A stretch of 35,929 nt of DNA from Bugula neritina (taxonomy: Eukaryota; Animalia; Bryozoa). The notes below the pieces were generated by a model. It did no database searches. It saw nothing but the letters and a program-made list of their open reading frames with translations, and had not been told where the DNA came from. Made by a program: the position numbers and the translations under genes. The stretch lies in NCBI GenBank assembly GCA_964035545.1, contig CAXIUT010000308.1, positions 1-35,929 of the forward strand, read 5' to 3'. Positions 12,576 through 25,015 of this stretch are shown here, piece by piece. How positions within the stretch are numbered: position 1 is the stretch's first letter; each line of letters starts with the position of its first letter.

Positions 12576-13850
12576 TCACTTCTTTGAAAACTTCAAATAA
12601 AATTCTCTGTCATCTACATTTTAAAACTTAGCCAAAAAGTTAACCTTATTTACCTCATAAAATCCTTAGTTTAATGCAGGTTCTTCTTTGTACTTAAAGA
12701 AAGTATGAATTGGAATTGAACCAGCTTTTCCTGACATATGCTTCCTCTTATCATTTGCCACCCTTTGATAATCGTTATGGAAACATACCTCTTTGGTAGT
12801 TAACATCTCAAAACAACGGATTTTCAACCCATACTGCTTACCAAGGTTTATAAAGTATTGTCTGTCATCTTTTTTAGGATTAGTATTATCAATCACAACG
12901 CTTTTTCCGTTTTTTATCTCTTCTTCAGCCACCTTATAACACTTTTCTTTAGTTTTAAGAGTATCTCGATTAACTCGGACATAGTTAGGTAAATAATTCT
13001 TACAAAAAGAAGATTTTCCTGAACCTGGAGCACCAACCATTATGACCATTTATTTTTAGACAAAGTTTACCTTATTGCCTTTACCTACAATAAGTTATCC
13101 CTCCTCAGGAACAGATGCAGGATTGAATCCTTTCACTTCTAGTTTATCTTTTTCTCCCTTAAAGATATTATCAGGTGTCTTAAAGAGAAGTCCAGCGTTA
13201 AGAGCAAATTTATAATCAGAATCTGAAAAATCTTTATGTTGACCATACTTTCGACCAGCAGCATCTCCACAATAGAAACTCTTATTCATATCTACCTTTA
13301 TTTTACTATTGAATCTTTATCTAAACAGATTCCACATGCCAAGTCCAGGCTTACGATAAGAATCTTCAGAAGTAGCGAAAAACACTTGCATTTAAATTCC
13401 CATTCCACTGGCCAAGTTTTCTACTTTAGTCTTGATATCATTAGCATTGGTCTTTCCTTTCTAAACTCCATTCTGATTACTGAAAATGACCACTTTGAAA
13501 CCGTCAGTGTAAAGTTTTTTGATTGTTGAGCTCACATTGTCAAAAAGGAATCTCCAGTCATCAGCATTCTTAGCAAATTTAGCCCCACTTTTAGGAGTTA
13601 CTATGGTATCATCCATGTCAAAAGCAGCAAGAAGAGCTGAATCCTTGAGGTTGGGAGAAGATCCTACAATGCAAGTTTAATGTTGGGTCCAGTTCCACTG
13701 TCCCATCATCTTATTTCCTTTCATTTAATTATTTGATAATGTGATACTTTGATTGAATTTGTATTAATTTCTGATTAAATCTAATCTATCTCCCTCCAAA
13801 GGTCTCTTTCTACAGAATCTTGCAAATCTCCAACTAAAACCAACAAACAT
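12576..13850 (-). CDS. PNKP: Bifunctional polynucleotide 3'-phosphatase/5'-kinase (no FHA domain), up to 424 aa
   Basis: HAD motifs AAFDMDDT, FSNQ, RKPGLGMW, GDAAGR..DFSDSD; P-loop GAPGSGKS; VNRDTL; VIDNTNP; P..N[TAA=E]GF. In-frame ATGs at 13850 and 13724. Confidence 0.93.
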
Positions 13851-13905
13851 CCTAGCCACAGATTAATTATAAGTTAGTATTATAATTAGACTAATTTTAG
13901 CAAAA

Positions 13906-15003
13906 ATGGAATCCACCTAACCACATTCATCACCTTAAATCGAACACTTACTAAAATTTAAATTTAAAATACGAGAAGCACTTCAATAACAACAATACAA
14001 ACTACCAATACAAACTTTTTAAAAAGCCTTTGACTTCAATAAACTATCATATGTTAATCGATCTAAACAATTTCTCAATATTAGTATGAAATCAGTCTAT
14101 CTACTTACTCGGATCTTATAAATCATTGAAATAGTAATATAGCTCATTTAAAAACAACAAATCATCACCAAAAGGAACTTATACTATAAACTAGTGAAGT
14201 ACTATGCTACTAAGTACTATTTAGTTGACTTGGATATCGATTTGATCTGTTTTAACCTGAATATACAAAGATAATAGCTAAAAATTTTCAGTTCCAGTAG
14301 ATGTCTACTCTTTGGAAACCTTACTATCAATCTTAATCATCATGAACTATATTGTAAACCTAATATAGTAACCAATATTCCTCTAATTGAGCATTTAGGA
14401 CCAATTTAAACATAAAGTAAAACCTTGATTATTCTTGAAAAATAAAGTGCTCTCTATCAGCTACATCAATAACTTTTTAGATAAGTTATTCAAGGGATAT
14501 AGGATATTTAGTCTATCATATAAAATACTATTTTCATCTCATCTAAAGGATATCCTGACAGTACAACAAGAAACATTATTTAATCGCTTCTGCCTTTGAT
14601 AGATTCGATATATTACCTTGGAGATAGTGATATTTACGGTTTAGATATCATTTTATGTTATTCAATTGCCTATCATAATTGGAGTACTTTCATTAGCAAA
14701 GTTAAATGGATTCAATTAGAAAAATTAGTTGATCCCTTGAAGGTTACACCATAATTATTGACTCAAACAAAATAAGATAAATTAAAGTGCATAGAAGTGT
14801 TAGAAAGACCTTATTTCAAAGAAATAGAGATGTTTGTTCCTAACAATGATGAAGGTAAATAATTTCAAAATAAACTGATAGCTTGGAAAAGAAGAGTTAA
14901 AGCAATGCAAGCAAGTAATTCAAAATTATAACTCTAAGCTTTATTCAGATATTTACCTCAAGGCTGGCTTCAGTAAATTTTAACTGATTAGTATTGTATT
15001 TGA
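13906..15003 (+). CDS. SPO11: Meiotic topoisomerase VI-A-like transesterase Spo11, 365 aa
   Basis: TKRNLYY (catalytic Tyr region), IILEK[E]SALYQL, SKGYPDSTTR, GDSDIYG (DxD), KL[E]L[E]AL; TGA at 15001-15003. Confidence 0.9.
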
Positions 15004-15039
15004 ATAAATTCAGTTATCTTATAATATCTAAAATATCTT

Positions 15040-15527
15040 ATGCAAGGCTCCAACAACGATATCAAAACTATTATTTATGAAAGATTCAAACCTATCTTCC
15101 AGGCCTATGATAAAGACCTCAACTCCACTCTTGAACCTTTAGAACTTAAAGCTCTTCTTGCAGATAACCTTGGAGTCCCTGAAGGAGATATTTCTGAAGA
15201 ACAGTTGAACTGGCACTTTGGAAGAATTGATGAAAATGGAGACGGAAAAATTACCTTTTAAGAATATGTAAATGATTTTTTAGGTAGTTTTCTCATTTCT
15301 TTGGAGATCGAGCTAAGGTAGCAAAAAAGCAAAAAAAGTAAGGCGAAGAAGATGAGTTAATTGATATTACTTAATTCAGAAGACTTATGGAAGATACTTT
15401 TAAACCATTGAAAATAACTATTACCTAAGAAATGGTGCAATGGAACTTTGATAAGATCGATACTGATCACAGTGGACGTATTTCCTTTGAAGAATATATG
15501 AAATTTGTTCAGAAATACAACAGTTGA
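15040..15527 (+). CDS. EF-hand calcium-binding protein, 155 aa; intron 15268-15287
   Basis: EF loops DKDLNSTLEPLE, DENGDGKITF[E]E, degenerate EEDELIDIT[E]F, and DTDHSGRISFEE; the 20-nt intron is required for frame. Confidence 0.88.
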
Positions 15528-15643
15528 TACATCAATCAAATATTCTTTTAATTTTTTTTAAATAACTCTTTTCTTTTTCAAAATAGCAAAAATTCAAGTT
15601 ATTTTCAAAAGCTCATAAATATTGACATCAATGAAAATGAAAA

Positions 15644-15913
15644 TCAGCCAAATGAAATACTTGATTTTCCTCCTGGAGGATTCACTATTTTAACACCTTT
15701 ACCTTTCTTAGCCTCTCCTGAATGTTCCACCACTTTGAAGCTTGAATCATTTTTCTATGGATTCTTAGTCTCTTGAACAGGCATAGGTTCAGGAATATCG
15801 TAATTTTTTTTGACAGGTTCTTGCTAATGTCCCCAACCAATAGAAAAGTTATTTTTTCCTCCAGGTTATTGAGTGATCTTGACTCCACTATATGTTTTTT
15901 TGCTGTCAGTCAT
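15644..15913 (-). CDS. Small SPIRAL1/Jupiter-like putative microtubule-associated protein, 89 aa
   Basis: Two PGG motifs: VKITQEPGGKNNFSIGW and C-terminal VKIVNPPGGKSSISFG-stop. Confidence 0.75.
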
Positions 15914-16065
15914 TTTTAAAATTATTACTATCTACTAATAACAAATTACCGTTTTAGAATAGATTTACTACTGATTCTTCAAAAATAAATCAGATTTATG
16001 TTAATCATAGTAAATAAATTCAAATTGATTAATTCTCTATCTGATACAAATAAAAACAAATAAAA

Positions 16066-18363
16066 ATGACAACTCCATCATACTCTATTCCTTAACATCA
16101 TTTCTTAGAAGATTACTATAGTAACAAATAGTGGACCCCTTCACAATCATCTGAAAAAAACTCTCCTCCTTTCACCACTCGCTAATATGTCAATCATGGA
16201 GATATCAAAAAGTAAGAAATCAAAAATGATTATGGATAAATCATCTCAATATAAAATGGTTTTAAAAAACTAAAAACAAATCAAGTCGAAATGCTTAAAG
16301 AACTTAAAAAGTAATATGAAATTTTGAAAAATTCATAAATAAGATCTGGCATGTATCCAACAGATAGTCAACTACCTACAGATAGCAATCAAAGTAACTA
16401 ATAATCATCGAAAAGCATGTCAGAAGCATTATCTTCTGTCAGTAGCAAAGTCGAACAAAAAAATAGGAAATCTAGAAAAGAAGGGCAAATAGTGGCTCTT
16501 GAACGTAAAAAAATGGAAGTTTTACTCAATAATAGTATGAAAAAGATAGAATAGTTGCTCAGCAGCTAGATATAACTCAAAAAAACTGTCCTTTAGCTTA
16601 GAAATAAACTATAAAGCAATAAAGTTTTGGAATAAGATCTTTAAAACATGAATAAAGAACATAAAAGATAGATTTAAATATTGAGAAACTCTTTTGAGGA
16701 AGCTAAAAGATAATGCTAACTCACAAAATAAAAAATGAAAGAGTATAATAGTTCTCTAATTTCTGCAGAGGGAGAACTTGCTTTTGCAAAATTACAACTT
16801 AAGAAAAAAGATGAACATACAAAAGCTCTAGAATAAGATATTTATCTTGAAAAAAATAAATTATGTACTTCTGAGTTATAACTGAAGAAAGCTAGATTGG
16901 ATCTATAATTACAAGAGAGAAATTTTAAGGAATAAATTTTAATATTGAACAAAAGACTTACTTCCTCATAAGAATAATTCTTTTCTTAAAAAAATTAATA
17001 AAGAGAAAAGTTACTAAATTAATTATCTCTTAAAGAAGAACGATATAAATTATTACTTAATTATTCTTAAAAAGATCAGCAAGAACTTCTATAACAACAG
17101 CAGATATAAGATAAAGATACTATTCATAAGCTACAGAATGAAGTTAAGAATATAGAATCAGAGCTAGTACATTATAAATAAAAATAAAAGTTATTGATGT
17201 AAGAAATTGAAGTCTTAAAAACTGACAAAAAGTCTATTTCTTATTCATAAGTAGTTATATCATCAATACTTTCCAAATTAACATAAATATCTTCAAATTA
17301 TGATCAGAAATTAGCTTTAGAAGTAAATACATTAAAAAAACAACTTTAAAATCTTAAAATTCGAAACCAAAAAGATAATAAAGAGAGTGATTTGATATAA
17401 AAAATAAATAAAATGAATATTTATGAACAAAGTTTGAAAGCTAGAATACAATAACTTTAAATAACAAGTTAAGAATAAAACATTTAAAAACTTTATTTCA
17501 TTCGAGATATTAAAACAATTAAAGCTCAAGTATCTGAAGAAAGAAGAAATAAAGAATAAGCTCTTAGTTAAGTTAAAGATCTCAAAAAAACTTTAAGAAA
17601 AATTGAAGAATAAAATCAAAAATTACATATTTAACTTGATTCAAGAAATAGTCTAAAAGTAAATTCAAGTGAGACATAAAGCAGAAATAAGTATACACCA
17701 AAAGAATATTATCGAAAATAGTCAGAAATAGTAGAAATAAGATAAGATTTTGGACAAATGATCGATCATTATAAATAATAAATGCAAGAATATGAGGAAT
17801 AACTCAAACAAATAAAAAGACAACTAGCAGAGTAGTAGATAAAATCATATAAATACAAGTAAGAATCAGAGTTAAAATATTCATTATCTCGTACTCAATA
17901 TTAAGCATAGATCAATAGATTAAAAGATCAAATTAATAAACTAAAAAAAAATTATGCTTTAGAAAAAAATGATCAGATAAAATAAAAAGTAACACTTTAA
18001 TAAAAAATAATAGAACAAAATAAATAAATCGATTAAATTTTATCTCAATTGAAACTAATTCAAAAATAAAAAGATTCTTAACTTTAAAATTATAGAAAAG
18101 ATAACTAGAAAAAAATTAAAGGAATTCAAGAAGAAAATATCGAAAAAATAGGAAAATTAGGTCAACAAGTCTAGTCGTTAGCCAGCTTAGGTAATCAACA
18201 TGCACAAGTAGTGCATAGAAATGCTTGGCTATAACAGTAGTTAATTGAAACAAAACGATTAAATCGCCTAAATAATCAAGTTAATTAAGGAATTACACAT
18301 CTTTGGTCAATAAAAGAAGCTTAATACTCGAATATAAACTAAGTTTTAAAGTCTATTGAATGA
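16066..18363 (+). CDS. Long coiled-coil protein, 765 aa
   Basis: ATG 16066 to TGA 18361-18363 in one frame; heptad-like E/K/Q/L composition. Confidence 0.75.
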
Positions 18364-18405
18364 TTTTTTAAATAATTAAATTACTATTAATAAAAGTTGA
18401 AACAA

Positions 18406-19633
18406 TCAACCAACATTCTTTTTAACAACTCCTAGAGAAGTCATAGTTATCCCTGCATTAAGCATACTAACAAGATAGTTAGCATATTAATGAGCTCCTC
18501 TTTACAGTTATTCTGCCTTTCTTCGATCAAGACGTTTATGATGATTAATAGTTTCTCTTTTTAGAGTTTTAATTTATGCATCAAGTATCTTCTTTTTGTT
18601 ATCATCTTCATTTTTCTGAGTCTATGACCAATCAAGGATCCGTCTAGCCTACTCTTTATAATGAGCAAACTTTTATTATTTCAATTGTTCATTCTTATCA
18701 ACTTGAGTATACTTCATCTTAAACTAAGGAACGTAATTTCTTGTTTTGTATTTATTAGTCTTGAGGTAAAGTTCAACGATAGGACTATATCTTATAGGAA
18801 GAGTTTATCTCTTTCTTGTTTTATCTATTCCTTTATCTTTTCCTAATCCACTCTCTATTTAACTATAAGGATTAATCTATTAGGCTTTAGAATCTACTTT
18901 TTTCGGTTTTCTAGCCAAAATATTTCCAGTACCAAGATCTAAAGTCCATTTTTCATAATAATATTTTTTATTTGTTATTTAAACTCCAGTAAATATTTTG
19001 CTAAAAGTTGTTAGCAGTTGATCTTTTAACGTACTATCAAATTTAGATCTACTTTTAGGAAAAGCATAAAAGAAAGAGTAAAACACTTATTGTGCTAAAG
19101 TGTTGAAGTATTCTTTAAAAAATATATCATTTTCTTTTTTATCTGGAATAGACAAAAACAATCCAATGTAATTTTTAGCTATTCTTTTTTAAAGTTGAGA
19201 TTCAGAATATTAATACTTTCCTTGATGAAAAAATTTACAAATTGATAGCCAAAAACAATCTGATACTAAAGCCTTGTTTTCATCTAAATTTAAATATCTC
19301 GTCCATTTCTCAATTATGTTGTCATTTGTTCCATCTCTGAATAAGTTATACTTTACTTTTGACGCTCCAACTGCTTGAAGTAAGTAGTTGATAAGGAAGT
19401 TATCACGTTAGCTACTATTCTACTAAACTCAACTGTTGAAGGCAGAGGAGTGAAGTCTTCATGAGTTGGAAAGTCTGTAGGAGGAATAGAGTCTTCCACC
19501 ATATAAACTTGATATTTTTTTGAGTTCAAAGAAAGTATCTTGTTTTGAGAAGTCGGCACTTCTGTCAACATAGTTCCTCTATTGCTTTGTAAAGATAACT
19601 ATACCTTTAAAATTTGTCTGTGATCGACTCCAT
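18406..19633 (-). CDS. FAM227 (FWWh-domain)-like protein; introns 19585-19604 and 19337-19356
   Basis: SDCFWLSICKFF..RIAKNYIGLF..DIFFKEYFNTLAQ.VFYSFFYAFPKS..F..IFTG and YSPIVELYL resemble FAM227 motifs from memory. Two 20-nt introns give a continuous frame. Confidence 0.72.
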
Positions 19634-19657
19634 TAATAACAATAAAATAATAAAGCA

Positions 19658-20104
19658 TCATATTAATCTATAATTTTTCTTCTTTTGCATATTAGGCAAA
19701 TTTTTCGTTGTTTTCTTGGTCTTTTCCTTTGGAAAATAATCATTTCGTTTGGAAGAAGCTGTTTTCAAATCCTGATCATTTTAAGTTTTAACTCTTGTTA
19801 GTTATATCGATAGTTTTTCTGGACCGTTCGCTAAATCCATCCTATTTTCTTTATCACAGTCTTTGTTATGAATAGTATCCTATTTAGCTTTGACTAATAA
19901 CTTTATTTATCTTTTTTCAACAATCACAGGCTGTCTATTTTTAGTTGTCACAAGAATAAATGATGATCTATTTTGCTTATCTTTCTTGAAATCTTTTGAT
20001 AGAGAAATTCCTTTGCTACTCCTTCTTGAACTTGATCTTTCTCTTTGAGTAGTTGTTGAGCATTTACTTGCTCTGATCTTTAAAGTTTTATCCACCTGGA
20101 TCAT
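19658..20104 (-). CDS. Small basic uncharacterised protein, 148 aa
   Basis: ATG 20104 to TGA 19658, 447 nt; extends track ORF 19907-20104 through TAA. Confidence 0.6.
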
Positions 20105-20266
20105 TTTAACGAATTATAATATTTGTAATTATCACTTCAAACCATTTCTAATTTTTAATTATTTTATAGAATAGCTAAAATATCATTTTTTCTATTTTTA
20201 ATTATTTCATTTCTTTGAAGATTCAATAATTAATAATTGATTTGACACTATAAATAAAATAATTAA

Positions 20267-21916
20267 ATGTAAAAGAAGCTAAATAAAGAGTAAAGACTCT
20301 TAAATGCAAAAGAGTATTTTAAATCTCTTGTTAAAGAAGCAAAACCTCGACCTTTTGAACTCAATATTTCTCTAACATCTAACCCGTTCATCAAAAACAA
20401 GGATAGCTTTAGATATATAACAAGTCATCTCAAAGAATACAATATTCGTATTAAAAATGGAGAAGTTAAAGATATATATTAAATAATTTCTTTTCAAAAA
20501 ACACATTCAATGTTATCAGACATAGCTCAAATTGAAACTACTTAAAATCAAATTGCTTCCTTATAATCTCTTTTTTCATGGTTCAAGTAACAAGAGAAAC
20601 TAGTTCAACAAAGATAAGATCAAGGTAATATTCGATATAAAATGAGCAAATAATATCGAGATGCTCTCAAGTATTAACCTTAAAAAGAAGAAGAATAAAT
20701 TGAAGAAGAACTTGATATTCCTTTTTATCTAATAGAAAGACTAATTGAACCTTTCAGAGTACATTAAAGGACACTACATTCTTAATATGATTAACCTTCT
20801 CGAAGATTAAATGACTACAAAGTGAAAACTTTAAATATACTTAGCCTTGCTTCTTTAGATAATCAAAAATAATAGGCAAAACCAGCTAAAGTTCTTTATC
20901 CAGTACCTCCTAAATATTAATATCCAAAAGAAGAGCTTCCAGAAAACATAAATTAATAACCACAAGTTGTTCCAGTTGAAGGTTAAAAAGCTGAAATTTT
21001 ACCTGGAACCTAAGGAGCTCCTATACCCTAATAGCCATAACAACCAGGAATGGATCTTGGAATTGGCTAATAGCCATAATAACCTTAGTAATAGGAACCA
21101 TAGTAGCTACCAGATAAATTACGTCCAAAAAATCCTCTATATACAGCAGCAATATCAACGATAGATAACACAGATACAGACAAAGAAGGATATTTATTTT
21201 ATAGAAGCAACAATACAAAAGAATAAAAGCATATGAACAATCATTACATCAGAAAATATCAAGATCTTGTTAAAAAGCAAAGAGAAGATATTAGTCATCT
21301 TGAAATAGCGCATGATTGGGCTAAAAGAAAATCAAGAATAGTTAAAGATATGCAAAGAAAACTATAATAAATGAAATTCAAACCAGAATATAGCTATTGT
21401 AAAGAAAATCCTGTTCCTTAATAAAGATTAACTCAGCAATAATAGATAAAATTTGGATTTTCATCAGCAAATAAACCAAGAGGAAGAACTCTTGAAGTCA
21501 ATCTCACCTTACCAGAAATTAAAAATCATGATGGGCTGACAGAAAAATCAATAAGAAGAGATAGAATATCATCACTAAGAAACAAATTTGCTAAAGTTCT
21601 TAATATAGCAGATTATTAAGAAAGAGATAGTGTTCCTTCTCTTTGTCAATATTCATCAAGAAGACGAGGATTTTCATAAATAATTCGGAATCACAGTCAC
21701 TCAAAAGAAAGACTTAATCAGCTAGAATAAGTCAACAGAATTAAATAAAAATTAACTAAAGTCAAAGTCAATGTAAACATAAAGTCATTATCAAGAGGAT
21801 TATGTCTCCCATAAAATGAGGATTACTTTTCTGAGACACCTAGAGAATTTCCATAAAAGCAATTACCAAGTAATCCTGACTTGATTGATGCTAAGAAGAA
21901 AAAGAAGAAGAAATGA
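20267..21916 (+). CDS. Uncharacterised protein, 549 aa, with acidic Pro/Glu-rich middle and basic tail
   Basis: Single frame to TGA 21914-21916; the EEPEEPEEEEPEE tract is encoded largely by TAA/TAG. Confidence 0.72.
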
Positions 21917-21951
21917 TGATATTAATATCATATAATAATCGTTAAATTTAA

Positions 21952-23259
21952 ATGTTAATATAAAAGCCTCAAGAATTTCCTACTACAGGTCCCAACTCTC
22001 GCTATCCTTCTGATCCGCCTAAATCTGACCAATCATATCCTCCTAACCTGGTTCTAGCAGACTGTATTATTAAATAAAACAATACTCTTAAACATCAGAT
22101 TGACTATGTAAACAGTGAACTTAAAAAGGTAAGTTCTTTATCAAGAGGACTTCTCAAAGAAAACATAAGTTTAAGATAGTTGTATAAAGAAAGAACCCAG
22201 GATATTGTTAAGTTGATAAAATCTATTTCTATTCAAACAGATGAATAAAAAGTAGATTATGAACATCAGTGTCATTTGATAGAATAACTCAATTATGCCA
22301 CTTTAAAACAAATCAAGATATTGGATCAAGAACGTAAAAAATCAAAATAAAATCTATAAGAACAACAATCCAAAGTTGATGCTCTTGTTTAAAAAAAGAA
22401 TTAACTTGAATATGATTAACTTAATAAACTAAAAGCCAGACTTAACAATGGAATCAGTCCTTCATCTATTGCCAAATTCCAACAAAAATATTAAAAATAA
22501 GTATAACAAACATCAAAACTATAACATGAAATAAACCAACTTATTAAATTAGATACATAACTAAGAACATAAATACAACATCTCAGAAAAACAGAGTTAC
22601 CCAATCAATACTCCATCTCTTAATAAAAAATATAATATACTCATAAATTGACAGATATTCAAGAACTAAATAAAAAATTAAAAGAAGAATTACAAGTAGA
22701 TAAACAAGATTTTTAAAAGACAGAATCCAATAGAAATATAATAGAACAAAGACATAATCAATTGTCTCAAGGAATAGCAGATTAAATGAGAAAATATTAA
22801 AATTGTAGAAAATATCAAAATTAAATAAATACACAAATATAAAAAATAAAAAGTAAAATAAATGGATCTAATAATAGACAAATCAAACAACAAAATTAAC
22901 TATAATAACTTAATAATTTAAAATAATAACTTATAGATAAAATAAAAAAATATAAAACAAAAAAAATAACAGATTAAAATGATTTCAGAAGAAGATAAGA
23001 ACAATTAAGAATAGATAATCATTAAAAAATATAAAAAATATGCAAAGATATCAGTAAAAGCAACTCTAGCTTTTAAGATTAAAAAAATAAGTTGATAAAA
23101 TAACAAAATAAAGTCAATGATTTAGTAAATAACCTATAACATGAACATAGTTCATTGTTAGATCGAGTTTAAGAGTACAACAAAGTCATTCAAGAACATC
23201 CCAATCCTATTCAGTAAATATAAAGAATTCAGTTAACTCTTAGACTCAAAAAAAGATGA
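21952..23259 (+). CDS. Coiled-coil protein, 435 aa
   Basis: ATG 21952 to TGA 23257-23259, 1308 nt. Confidence 0.72.
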
Positions 23260-23383
23260 TATTTGATAAAAACTTAATATATTCTAATTATCATAATATT
23301 TATTATAAATAACTCTAGATCAAATATCATTTATTTCTATAAACAAATTACTTTATAAATTATATAAACATTGATAAAAAACA

Positions 23384-24910
23384 ATGAATTTTAATTGGGC
23401 TTTATCATTTAAACAGAAACTCTACAAACGTAACATATAAAGTATAGAATAATAAATATAAAATCAATATGACAACTATTACATTTATTAATAAATAGAC
23501 TAATAATTTTAATTTACAGTTTTCTCGGAATGCAAACCAAACATAGAAATAGACGACCCTCCATTGGAGTAGTATCCTCGATAACTCGCTAATTATATCC
23601 CTTTGAAACATCCAATTTACACAATCAGTGATATTTCTATCATACTACCTTCAGTATCGACATCCTTCAAAAATCAAAAAAGAAATAAAGTTTAGTAAGA
23701 CATCGTTCGACTTCTCTCTATGGCTGACAATAAAGAATCTCTAGAGATTATTTGGACACATATTTTTTAGAAATACTTATGTCCTTTAGACATTATAGCC
23801 AAAATATAAATATTTGTATAATTATTAAAATATGGTACATAAGTGCTTAATCCTCTAACGCTAGCATTTTGCCCTCATATGAAACCATCAACTTTCCTTA
23901 AATAAATACAAACTGCATAAAAATATGTCAGAATTAAACAATATATAAAAAATAATAAAAAATTATCATTCACATAAAAATGTCATAAACATCTATGTCC
24001 ATTTTGTTCACTATATAATTGCATCTATCATCAACCTCTAATCGAAAATAACAGAAACAAATAACTATAATATCAAACTAATAAAAAATAACTAAAATAA
24101 TCTTTGTAATTTAGAAACAAACATAAAATACACAATAATAATCATGTTTATTCTTACTATTAACTACTTAGCTAACTTAATTCTTCATTTTATTAGTTAT
24201 CGAAAAAAACAAGTTGCTCTGAACATTGCTATAGAAATCTTAATAGAATTACTTTAGAATCCATAGATTAGAAATATAAATTATCACATCCAGTATTACG
24301 ATAACTAATTTAGCAATCAAAATAAATGGTAGGATATAAACCTTGTAAAATATCTAAACTTCTCAAAACTAGTTGCACTTAAATCACTTTTAATCTAATT
24401 TTTTAACATAAATCTTCTTCAATGGGTTCTTCTCTGGGATTCGGATAAGATAACTATCTCAAAAATATTGTAAAAATACCTCAATAAAACAAATCTAAGT
24501 AAAATAATAGTAGAAAATAATTCAAATTATAAAATAAGATATATTAAAATTTACCTAATTTGAAAATAGGTCATTAACTAGATAAATAATATTAATTAGG
24601 ATTATATACTTTATAAAAAATAAGAAAAGGATCTATAGTTTTGTATGTAAAAGGTTAAATTATGACAAAATAATAATTTTAATTGAGATAAAGGTTATAA
24701 ATAAACTATTAAAGTAACAAAAATAGATAAAATAAATATTTGATAAATAATAAAAGAATGGGAGGTAAATAAAAATTCATTCGAAAAACTAAGCCCAAAT
24801 AAGCCAACCTCTAAATAAATACAATCAAAAAAGATGGACAATAGCGTATTGTTTATCGATCTCTTAGAAATATCGAATAAATGGAATAACTAACTATAGC
24901 TAATCAATGA
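23384..24910 (+). CDS. Uncharacterised protein, 508 aa, with Cys/His cluster
   Basis: ATG 23384 to TGA 24908-24910; KCHKHLCPFCSLYNCIYH at about 23978-24031. Confidence 0.65.
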
Positions 24911-25015
24911 TTTTAATTATTATATTATTTATTATCAATAATTATTCATTTCAAAGACTAAATATAGTTTTGTTCATATTTTGATTTGATTGATAAGATT
25001 AGAGTTCATAGCAGA

